A stretch of DNA of 39,434 bases, from the IMG/VR virus record IMGVR_UViG_2541047689_000010; one strand, given 5' to 3'. Numbering within the stretch: the stretch's first letter is position 1; each line of letters opens with the position of its first letter. The stretch is from a virus (taxonomy: Duplodnaviria > Heunggongvirae > Uroviricota > Caudoviricetes). A program made the position numbers and the translations under genes. Below, one piece after another: positions 8,715 through 16,891 of this stretch. Below the pieces are notes generated by a model. That model worked only from the letters and a program-made list of their open reading frames with translations. It was not told the origin of the DNA and did not search any database.

Positions 8715-8736
8715 CCCGCGCTGCGGGCTTTTTTGT
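8714..8736 (+). terminator. Intrinsic terminator
   Basis: GCCCGC-gct-GCGGGC followed by TTTTTTGT, starting at the stop codon of 7848-8714. Confidence 0.6.
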
Positions 8737-8770
8737 GTCTGCGGATTCCCGCCCGGGCGGCGGTGGCATT

Positions 8771-8798
8771 CGTTAAAAACAAGGCCGCGAAAGCGGCC
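8771..8798 (-). terminator. Intrinsic terminator (minus strand)
   Basis: Minus-strand GGCCGC-TTTC-GCGGCC followed by TTGTTTTTAACG; directly downstream of palindrome copy 1. Confidence 0.55.
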
Positions 8799-8799
8799 T

Positions 8800-8811
8800 G
8801 TGACATGTCAC
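8800..8811. repeat. Perfect 12-bp palindrome GTGACATGTCAC, copy 1 of 3
   Basis: Read directly; one nt from the stop codon of 8813-9263 and immediately before the terminator hairpin. Confidence 0.8.
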
Positions 8812-8812
8812 G

Positions 8813-9263
8813 CTACTTGCGAAATCTTTCTTTACCCTTCCAGCCAGTAGATGTTAGTTCAGGATGAATGGTTCCCAATATAAAGCCAACCATAGCGGAG
8901 CGAGGATCTTCTATTTTATCCGTTAATTCTTCGGCATAACTCACAGGCAACCAAGCAACAAGATCACCAATCCTCAGCTTTGGTCCTTTGCTGTAAGATG
9001 AATCGGCAATAACAAAAAATCCACCATCAGCTGAGCACACCTTCAGCATTGCCCTTTGTCTTCCAGAATCTAGCAAAACTGGCTGTTCCCCACTTGGACC
9101 AGGTATGATGATGGCTGGCATTGGTTTATTGGCTGAAAGGCTTGTGTCAAGATACTTACACGCATACTCAAAAGCTGAAAAGTTATCCTTAAAGATAAGA
9201 GGTTGAATTTTATTGCTAACCTCCTTACCACCGATTAATCTGTTGATCATCTTCTTGAACATA
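8813..9263 (-). CDS. Hypothetical protein (about 149 aa), unknown function
   Basis: Start taken at ATG (MFKKMINR...) with SD AGGTGA 5 nt upstream; lies in the AT-rich accessory block. Confidence 0.5.
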
Positions 9264-9274
9264 AAGGTCACCTA

Positions 9275-9715
9275 ATGATTAAGCCGATGCACGCTATTAC
9301 AGCTACCGTTTTGTTTATCCTACCAATTTTTTCGTTTGCAAACGACATATGTTTTAAGAATTTAATAAATGAGGATATGTGTGCACATGCAAACAAAATT
9401 GCATCAGAAGCAGGAAAGTCACTTCCCATAAAATTGAATGATAATATGTCTATTGTTTCAATAAATGCAATACTAAACAAACTTTTAGTTGTAGCGCATC
9501 TTAATTACAACAACAGCTATTTATCAAAAGTTTATAACGGTGATGTAACCTTAGAAAATAAATTAAAGAGTGTAATGCGAAATTATTCAAAATCGAGCAT
9601 TTGCTCCAACAGGCAAATGAAAGCATTTATTCACCTTGGCGGAGAGATTGAATATAGGTATGTATTTAGTGATGGCAATATATTTGATACATACGCCATC
9701 ACTAATTGTGAATAG
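9275..9715 (+). CDS. Secreted/periplasmic small protein with cleavable signal peptide and four Cys; unknown function
   Basis: N-terminus MIKPMHAITATVLFILPIFSFA then NDICF...; AT-rich; stop abuts the stop of the convergent tail gene. Confidence 0.5.
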   Translation: MIKPMHAITATVLFILPIFSFANDICFKNLINEDMCAHANKIASEAGKSLPIKLNDNMSIVSINAILNKLLVVAHLNYNNSYLSKVYNGDVTLENKLKSVMRNYSKSSICSNRQMKAFIHLGGEIEYRYVFSDGNIFDTYAITNCE

Positions 9716-12700
9716 CTATTTCATCTGCTCTTCAACTTTATTTAGTAACGGTGATATCGCCCACAGGTTCTGAAAAGGTAGCATTTTACGGACCGCGTGG
9801 GTTTGCTGGCTGTCAAATTCTCCGTTAAGTACACCATTCGCAACCGTCGCGGCATCACCGCCAAGATCAAAGGTAGGACCAAGTAAAGCACCAATAGCAT
9901 TACGACTCTGAAACCTTGATACCGGAGGCGCACCAAACATCGCGCCAAGACCAAACCTACCGCCGCTTATGTTCTCAACGGTATTCAGCGGCTCAGAGAG
10001 CCAGCCAAGCATTCCGCCCCGGTCGATCCCCTCTTTCACAAGGTTATTCCAGCTGTAGTCGATATCGCGACCGCTTAACTTCTGTTTCATCATATAGACC
10101 ATTGAGCCAAGCGCAATCGTGCCAAGCGCACCAAGATAGAATGCAGCATCGCCCTGCTGGATACCAGATACTAGCACCCTGTTATGCTGTGCGAAGATAA
10201 ACGTTTTGAACTGCGTGATCATCTTCCAGCCTTCTTTACTAAAAAACAGCGGTGTATCACCTACGCCAGGCGTTACAATCACTGAGTCTACATCTTTCAG
10301 CACTGCAGACTGGAAAATCTCTCTAGCGAAACGGTCATCCCACAGATGACTATGCCCGGTTAACAGCCCGTCCATATCCTCTCCGTGCTTCCCGAATTGC
10401 TCCCCGATTCGGCGCAGAACATCTTCATTGATGCCGACCTGTGCCATCTTCCGCATTTCACTTTTGGAGAGCGTGCCACCAGCAGAAACTTGGCGAGCCG
10501 CGTCAAGTATCCTCGACTGCACTATCATCCCGGACCATGATTTAAGTGCGCTGTTCCACTGATTCATCAGCGTCCAGTTACCGAATTTCTGCGTCATCCA
10601 GTTCAGACCTCGCTCAGCGGCGCTTCTCCGGCTATAGGGGTCAGTAAGATCCGCTATAGCCTTTGTACGCGTAGACAGGACATAATCAAGCCCAACGGCC
10701 ATTTCTCGCAAATCCCTGGTTGCAATTTTCACTGAGTCCATATTTTTAAGCATGCTTACCATTGGTCCGAGAGATTTTCTCAGGCCATGCTGCATCATCG
10801 GTCGCATCAGATCAGTTGCAGCGGAGACAGTCATTCCACCAAGCAAACGGAGGAAGTTAATATTCCTAGCAACTCGCCCGGCACGAACAAAGAAACTGCG
10901 TGGATCTTGAGGTGCACCGTAAGTACCAAGCAGTCGATCACGCATAGCCGTAATATCCCTAATATCAGCCTCCCGTTGCTTCTCAAGAACTGCACGTCGT
11001 TTAGGTGTTTTAGCCTCTTTTATTAGCCGGGTATATTCCTCACTAACCTGACGGATTTGCTCCCCCATATCTTTACGGCCAAACTGCGCAGTCAGCTCAA
11101 TTTCTGGTGCCACCTGCCGGAGATAACTTTCCATGATGTAGTTAACATCTGATTCAAGAAAATCTTCTATACGCTCATCAGGAATAAGCAGCGTTCTGCT
11201 TTTAGTGAAACCAGCCCGACCAACGAGTCTCTCTGGGATAATATCGGCTGGTACAAGCCCGGAAGGTGCGCCTATTATTTTATTCACGATCTCGTCAGCA
11301 GCGTCCTCTGCTTCCTCTCGGGATAGAGGCTCCATCTGCTTCAGTGCTCGTTCGCGGCTTGCATTCAGCCTTGTGGTTGAATTTGCCCGTTTTTGCAGTC
11401 GGCGAAGCTCAGAACGATATTTCCGTGGATTATCCAGCAACTCCATATGGCGCTGATAGACAGGAAGCTCACTCTTTGCCTGCGCTATATCATCAAGGCG
11501 TGTTTTAAGGTCAGAGCTTTCTTTCATCATTCTTGCCTGAAGTTTTTCTGATGAAGTCTCGGCCAACTCTTTTTCTATTCTTGTAAGACGCGCCTGTGTG
11601 TCAGTCTCCTGAGATATAAGCTTATTTCGTTTATCCAGTTCTTCCATGAGTAGAATTTTTTTACCAGACCATTTCTCCGCTTCAGCGATTTCACTAGCGA
11701 GAGCATCAGCGCGCGGTGCCGATTCCTCTGCAGTTTTTAGCAATGAATTTATCCTTTCAATTCGCTGACCTGCTTTGTCAGCACCTTTGGCACTAATCCC
11801 TTGTATCCAGTTGGCAATTCGCCCTCTGAATTCAGTGCGGTCGGAAAGTATCTTATCGAACTTATAAATGCGGGGAAGATAACTTTTCGCCGTCACGACA
11901 TCGATATCCTCAGGAAGGATCCCCAGTTCCTGCATACGGGCTTTTGTGGTCTCGAAAATGGGGCGGATTCTGGCGGCTGCTTGTGAAACCTCAGGAATAT
12001 CACTCTGATCACCACGGCGCATAGCCATGCCAACAGCTTCATTGAAATCAATAAAGTTCATCCTCTTCACGCCGCGGGCGCTAACAGATTTGCTGTACTG
12101 CTGGTAAGCATCACGAGTGGCTTCCATCTGCTTATAAAGCATGGCGTCGTATTGCTTAATCTTAGTCTCGACTGCCGTAAACGTAGCCAACCCCTCATCA
12201 TTTTTGGCGAAGAAATAGTTATTTTCGGCAAGCTGCTGGTTAATCTGACGGGAGACAAGAGATGGTGATTGAGCCAAGCGGCCAGCAGGAGTGACACTCA
12301 ACGTTTTGTTAGCAAGTCCAAGTCCAGCGAGCTGTTCCTGATCGAGTGTGGTATTGAAAACCTGAGCTGCACCAATGCTTTGAGGAGAATCCATACCTCG
12401 CAAATGATTACCTACTGAGTTAACCACTGCCTCGCGCGCGCTAGGTCCAGCAAGTAGCTGTGCACCAGCACCAAGGATCCCACCAACGAGAGCATCAACA
12501 ACAACGTTCGATACGCTCTCCATCGGTGAGCGAGCTTCCTGAGTGGCCTGTAATGCGGCTTCTGATACTCCCCCACCAGCAGCATTCGCCAGGGCAAAAC
12601 GCCCTGCCGTCTCAGCAATACTTCCTCCACGCGCTACCGCCCCTACAGGGATAAACATTGCAGCCACATTAACCGGGTCTATCATTCCCATTGCTAAGCT

Positions 12701-13105
12701 TGAAATAGTACCAGCACCACCCATTTCAGATAGATATTCTCTATCTGTTCTTTGCTTATCGATTCGATGTTTAATTGCCATTGTTTCTTCATGCGAACCG
12801 GAGTTGATAAACGAATCTGCAAAATCTTCATAGCCTTTAATATCTGCTGCATCGTTATCAAATGGGTTATATCCTTCAACCCTGTCAAACTGACTGAAAG
12901 GAGCACTGGCAATAAAGCTACCCAGCGTGTTATCTATACGAAATGCTGCTTGTCTAGACCTTTGAACGCGTTGATCACTGGTAAATGGGTTCACAGCAGA
13001 AAGCAAAGAAGGTGTTTCCATATAGAAATTACTGTCATCAGGTGCTGCTATTTGCTGAATATCCTCGCCAAGCAACTCTTTAGGATCCTGTTCATATATC
13101 GGCAT
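9716..13105 (-). CDS. Large virion internal/ejection or tail protein (1129 aa) with extended coiled-coil region
   Basis: Size, position in the structural block, long charged helical segment; no tape-measure/sheath/tube set elsewhere, consistent with a podovirus internal core protein. Confidence 0.65.
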   Translation of the reverse strand: MPIYEQDPKELLGEDIQQIAAPDDSNFYMETPSLLSAVNPFTSDQRVQRSRQAAFRIDNTLGSFIASAPFSQFDRVEGYNPFDNDAADIKGYEDFADSFINSGSHEETMAIKHRIDKQRTDREYLSEMGGAGTISSLAMGMIDPVNVAAMFIPVGAVARGGSIAETAGRFALANAAGGGVSEAALQATQEARSPMESVSNVVVDALVGGILGAGAQLLAGPSAREAVVNSVGNHLRGMDSPQSIGAAQVFNTTLDQEQLAGLGLANKTLSVTPAGRLAQSPSLVSRQINQQLAENNYFFAKNDEGLATFTAVETKIKQYDAMLYKQMEATRDAYQQYSKSVSARGVKRMNFIDFNEAVGMAMRRGDQSDIPEVSQAAARIRPIFETTKARMQELGILPEDIDVVTAKSYLPRIYKFDKILSDRTEFRGRIANWIQGISAKGADKAGQRIERINSLLKTAEESAPRADALASEIAEAEKWSGKKILLMEELDKRNKLISQETDTQARLTRIEKELAETSSEKLQARMMKESSDLKTRLDDIAQAKSELPVYQRHMELLDNPRKYRSELRRLQKRANSTTRLNASRERALKQMEPLSREEAEDAADEIVNKIIGAPSGLVPADIIPERLVGRAGFTKSRTLLIPDERIEDFLESDVNYIMESYLRQVAPEIELTAQFGRKDMGEQIRQVSEEYTRLIKEAKTPKRRAVLEKQREADIRDITAMRDRLLGTYGAPQDPRSFFVRAGRVARNINFLRLLGGMTVSAATDLMRPMMQHGLRKSLGPMVSMLKNMDSVKIATRDLREMAVGLDYVLSTRTKAIADLTDPYSRRSAAERGLNWMTQKFGNWTLMNQWNSALKSWSGMIVQSRILDAARQVSAGGTLSKSEMRKMAQVGINEDVLRRIGEQFGKHGEDMDGLLTGHSHLWDDRFAREIFQSAVLKDVDSVIVTPGVGDTPLFFSKEGWKMITQFKTFIFAQHNRVLVSGIQQGDAAFYLGALGTIALGSMVYMMKQKLSGRDIDYSWNNLVKEGIDRGGMLGWLSEPLNTVENISGGRFGLGAMFGAPPVSRFQSRNAIGALLGPTFDLGGDAATVANGVLNGEFDSQQTHAVRKMLPFQNLWAISPLLNKVEEQMK

Positions 13106-15852
13106 TATTTGCCCCCTGCGTATATATTGCTCGGAAGGTAATTGGCTGAACCATAACCGAATGGTTTGGTCAGATCTGGAGGAGTATATCCATCTTTATT
13201 GCTGAACTGCGGCAGCGGATTGCCTTCTCTCCGCACTCTAGCCTCATCAACACGTTGTTGCTGGAACTGAATGGTTTGCCTGTACATTGGAGATGTCAGC
13301 TGATCCGGCTTGAAACGAACAGGGAGACCATTTTCTCCAATATAATTTCTCGGTTCTATCGCTCCGTTTGCGTCAGGCTGTAAAACCATAACAGCATAAC
13401 TCCTATCCCTTGCCGTAAGGCCATCAGAAACAAGTATTAAGTCCGTATCACTGCGAGGACCGCCAAAGGATTTTGATTTAAGCTCGCGTTTTTCCTGCTC
13501 CCACTGCCCCTGTATCCAGTTACCAGCACCATTATTTACTCCGTACAATGCCTCAGGTGCATACTTCATAACCTCTGCTTTGCCATTAACCGTAGAAACT
13601 CCCCAGGTGGTTCTGATCATGGCATTGGTCATTTTCTCAGCCTGTTCTGCATCGCCACCTGTCTGTACAAAGTTAGCATCGTAAATTGTCTGGTAATCTC
13701 GCTGATAGGCCGCATTTGATTTTCCTGGATCGGTAATATCCGGAGACCACGAACCAAAGGAAGTCAGACTGCTGGCGTTATTTTGTGCAGCAGTTGCCCT
13801 CGCCGCGACATATTTTTTGTCTCGCATGGCAGTGGAAAGCATCTGTTTCATTCGGTCATCCTGTTGGAACACCTGGCTGTAAGCCATATCAACAGCCTTA
13901 TCCTCCGGCACGCCAGCGCGGGAATAATCGTAAACCTTGCCGTAAAATGCCATCGTACTTTTATCAAGTGTTGCCGCTGCCGCCGGATTATTATCGAATA
14001 ACTGACCGTAGAATTTTGCCATCGGGACAACCAGCGCAGGATCTCTTGATGTTGCTCCACTGTTAAGCATTGTTTTAACCTGAGTTGGTATCATGCCGCT
14101 TTTAGTTGTGACGGTGACCAGTGTATTGATGCTCTGCGGATCAGATATGGAAAACGAAGGCGCGATATCCTGCGCGAAATAACGGTCTACCGCTGCCTGA
14201 TTGTTTTTGTCGTTCGGGTCCAGCGGGAAGTTATTTTGCATTGAAGACACGAACCTGTTTCTTCCCTGCTGAATCTCCCACTCCCTATCCATCTCTTTAA
14301 ATTTGGCCTGCATTTTCTCCCAGCGTTGCTGGTTAGCTGCAAATCCAGGAGCGTTTGGATCCTGTGGACGTAAACGTTCAAGAATGTCTTGTCGTCCTTC
14401 TGGAGTGAGGTCTTTAGCGGCACCAATGACACCTCCATATTGTATCTGCGCCTGCATATCCTTCCACTTCATAGCGCCAATGCGCGGACCATTGGCCCGG
14501 ATAAAATCGTCCTCAGAAGGTAACTTCTCAGGTTTCAATCCTTCATCAAGGGCTGAATATGCATCTTTAACTACGGTGCTAAGCTGGTCCGCATACTGCT
14601 GGCGGTACTGATTTCTCAGCTCATTAGCCTGCCTCAATGCCTGTATTTGCATTTGAGGGCTCATAGCATCAAATGCCGCATTGCCCGTATAACGCTTAGG
14701 TGAATCAAGGTTAGTTAGACCAAGGGCTGCCGAGATACCAGTTTCAAGCTGTTCGGTGCTATAAGGCATACTGCCATTTTCGTGTTTAATAATCCCAGCA
14801 CATAAAGCAGCTAGTGTCTTTGGGTTAGAGATATCAAGCTGATCATTCTCCCCAACACCAAGCTCACCACACAATTCCCTAATATAAGCATCAGTATTAT
14901 TACCATCACTAGCCGGAGCATAGCGATTAACAATCTCGCTAACGGTGTCATAGCCTTGACGCTGGTAAGACAACATATTTTTACCCAACGCGCGGATTCC
15001 ATGCTCAGGGGTAGCAAACGTTGCAAAACGTCCATCGCTACCGATCTGACCTTCCCACGGGTTAGATTTGCTCGCTTCAATATTACCAGGGTTATTATTA
15101 CGTAAACCACGAGCATCCAATGAATTACCATGTGATATTGCACGACTCACACCATCAAGATCCCCTGGCTCTCCATTAACCTGAAGAAACTCGTTGTATT
15201 TTTGAGCGATATTTCCTATCCATGCTTGCTGCCCCATTTGTTCCTTGAGCTGAGTTTTCTGCTGAACACGCCACTCATCAGGAAGCCCATGCGCATCAGC
15301 GTATTGATCAATAGATTCAAATCGCTGCTTGGCTAAATCGACAAATGCTTGGTTATCGCTATATAGCCCCGCAGACTGAGTGACAGCCAATGCATTTCCT
15401 GACAAATACGTTTGATCTTGGAATTGCTGAAACTGCCCAACTTCATATCGACGTGCCTGATTGTAATAAGACTGCATAGACTGCTGGAGTTGAAAGGATA
15501 ATTTATTCCTTTCCTCACTTTCAGGAATTGAGCCTAATAATGCCTGAGCCCTTTCCTGCATATTTTTCATAACAGCGTCACTCTGACCAAGAGCGTTTTT
15601 ACCCTGTTTAGAAATCAGCCCACTTTCAGGGTTGTTAATCTGGTCATCTGCAAATTGGTTAAATTGCAGTAACGCCTCCTGGGCCATAGCAACATTCGCT
15701 TTCTGCCTGGCTTCACCATATGCCACCGCATACTGATCTGCGACATTCGCCAGCACCTGACCTGCTTGAGGAACATCGAAGATCTGAAAACCACCGGTTT
15801 GCACACCACGACTTTGCACCTGGCGTCCGGATGTAGTAGGAACAACAGGCAT
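13105..15852 (-). CDS. Large virion internal/ejection protein (915 aa)
   Basis: Position and size; Q/N-rich; tightly packed with neighbours (shared boundary nucleotide). Confidence 0.65.
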   Translation of the reverse strand: MPVVPTTSGRQVQSRGVQTGGFQIFDVPQAGQVLANVADQYAVAYGEARQKANVAMAQEALLQFNQFADDQINNPESGLISKQGKNALGQSDAVMKNMQERAQALLGSIPESEERNKLSFQLQQSMQSYYNQARRYEVGQFQQFQDQTYLSGNALAVTQSAGLYSDNQAFVDLAKQRFESIDQYADAHGLPDEWRVQQKTQLKEQMGQQAWIGNIAQKYNEFLQVNGEPGDLDGVSRAISHGNSLDARGLRNNNPGNIEASKSNPWEGQIGSDGRFATFATPEHGIRALGKNMLSYQRQGYDTVSEIVNRYAPASDGNNTDAYIRELCGELGVGENDQLDISNPKTLAALCAGIIKHENGSMPYSTEQLETGISAALGLTNLDSPKRYTGNAAFDAMSPQMQIQALRQANELRNQYRQQYADQLSTVVKDAYSALDEGLKPEKLPSEDDFIRANGPRIGAMKWKDMQAQIQYGGVIGAAKDLTPEGRQDILERLRPQDPNAPGFAANQQRWEKMQAKFKEMDREWEIQQGRNRFVSSMQNNFPLDPNDKNNQAAVDRYFAQDIAPSFSISDPQSINTLVTVTTKSGMIPTQVKTMLNSGATSRDPALVVPMAKFYGQLFDNNPAAAATLDKSTMAFYGKVYDYSRAGVPEDKAVDMAYSQVFQQDDRMKQMLSTAMRDKKYVAARATAAQNNASSLTSFGSWSPDITDPGKSNAAYQRDYQTIYDANFVQTGGDAEQAEKMTNAMIRTTWGVSTVNGKAEVMKYAPEALYGVNNGAGNWIQGQWEQEKRELKSKSFGGPRSDTDLILVSDGLTARDRSYAVMVLQPDANGAIEPRNYIGENGLPVRFKPDQLTSPMYRQTIQFQQQRVDEARVRREGNPLPQFSNKDGYTPPDLTKPFGYGSANYLPSNIYAGGK

Positions 15853-16427
15853 CAGTAACCTCCTATTTTGAATCGGGAGTCAGAATTCATAAAACCTGAG
15901 TTAGATAACATTGGCGTCCCACCACTAGATGTACTTCCTTTAGAGAACGGACTCCACGTCCCACCAAACATCTGGTACGCACCGTATGCCTTCAGAGGCG
16001 CAGTGAGCAATGTTGTTGCTGCTCCCACATTCCCCTGTTTACGGGCTGAACTGGCTTCTGCTTTATAGTTGGCAGCCTGAACCTGATAACCGTAAGCCTC
16101 GCGTTGCGCGTTATTCACCGTCGTCAGCGAATCAAGAGCGCCAAACTGGGCAGTGTCGCCAAATATATCCAGCGCGTTACCTGTAGATAAATCAGCGCCG
16201 GTAGCCCCCATTGTCGCCGCCTGTGTACCAAGCCGCTGTCGGGTCTCTCTGCGTCGTTGCTCAGCTTCAGCGTTACCTCTGTTTATTGCATCATTTGCCT
16301 GAGCTGTGGCTATATCTGCGTTCGCTTCTGCAACCTTCGAGGCATACTTTCCCTGTTGGTACTGGGTGTATGCCTGAATGCCACTCATGGCGAGCATTGC
16401 GCCACCAGCAATAACCGGATCGCACAT
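15852..16427 (-). CDS. Virion structural protein (Ala/Gly/Gln-rich, 191 aa)
   Basis: Position within the structural operon; tight gene packing. Confidence 0.55.
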   Translation of the reverse strand: MCDPVIAGGAMLAMSGIQAYTQYQQGKYASKVAEANADIATAQANDAINRGNAEAEQRRRETRQRLGTQAATMGATGADLSTGNALDIFGDTAQFGALDSLTTVNNAQREAYGYQVQAANYKAEASSARKQGNVGAATTLLTAPLKAYGAYQMFGGTWSPFSKGSTSSGGTPMLSNSGFMNSDSRFKIGGY

Positions 16428-16891
16428 TATTTTCTCTCCATGTGAAATCTGTGGAAATTAAGACCAAGAGCACCATAAGGCGCGGCTTCTTCAAGCCTGA
16501 ATCCAAGCCAGTGCAGCCATGCTTTGGCAACATGGTTTCGCTCGTCGACGTAGTTTTCCAGGCGCGGATAAACTGCCAGCATCTGCTGCAATACAGGGCG
16601 GCAGTGGCGCAGAAATGTCTTCTGATATTTTTCAATACGGCTGGTTCCTACCAGCCATGGCGTACCATTGCCACCGATCATTGACGCCGGAGATACACCA
16701 AACATGGTTACCAGTTCTCCGTTCGCGAACCCTGACCAGGCCATAGTCGCAGTGCGAAGACCAACGCGCAGCGCATCTTCGGTAGTCATCAGCGATACCG
16801 CATACAGTTCGTCAATATCAGCCTGACGAACATCCGGCAAAATCATCTGAAGATGCTCTTCGGTAGCGGGAATAATTTGAACATCGATCAT
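16427..16891 (-). CDS. Virion-associated protein (154 aa), unknown function
   Basis: Position within the structural operon. Confidence 0.5.
   Translation of the reverse strand: MIDVQIIPATEEHLQMILPDVRQADIDELYAVSLMTTEDALRVGLRTATMAWSGFANGELVTMFGVSPASMIGGNGTPWLVGTSRIEKYQKTFLRHCRPVLQQMLAVYPRLENYVDERNHVAKAWLHWLGFRLEEAAPYGALGLNFHRFHMERK

Noticed and set aside
8800-8811. Reading GTGACATGTCAC as a CRP site or LexA box
   Set aside because: CRP consensus is TGTGA-N6-TCACA and the LexA box is CTGT-N8-ACAG; here the half-site spacing is only 4 nt (TGTGA-CATG-TCACA), so neither fits.
13105-15852. Peptidoglycan-hydrolase domain in the 915-aa internal virion protein
   Set aside because: A conserved-looking segment (RNNNPGNIE...GIRALGKNM...) is suggestive, but I cannot match it to a defined lysozyme or transglycosylase catalytic motif from memory, so the claim is not made.
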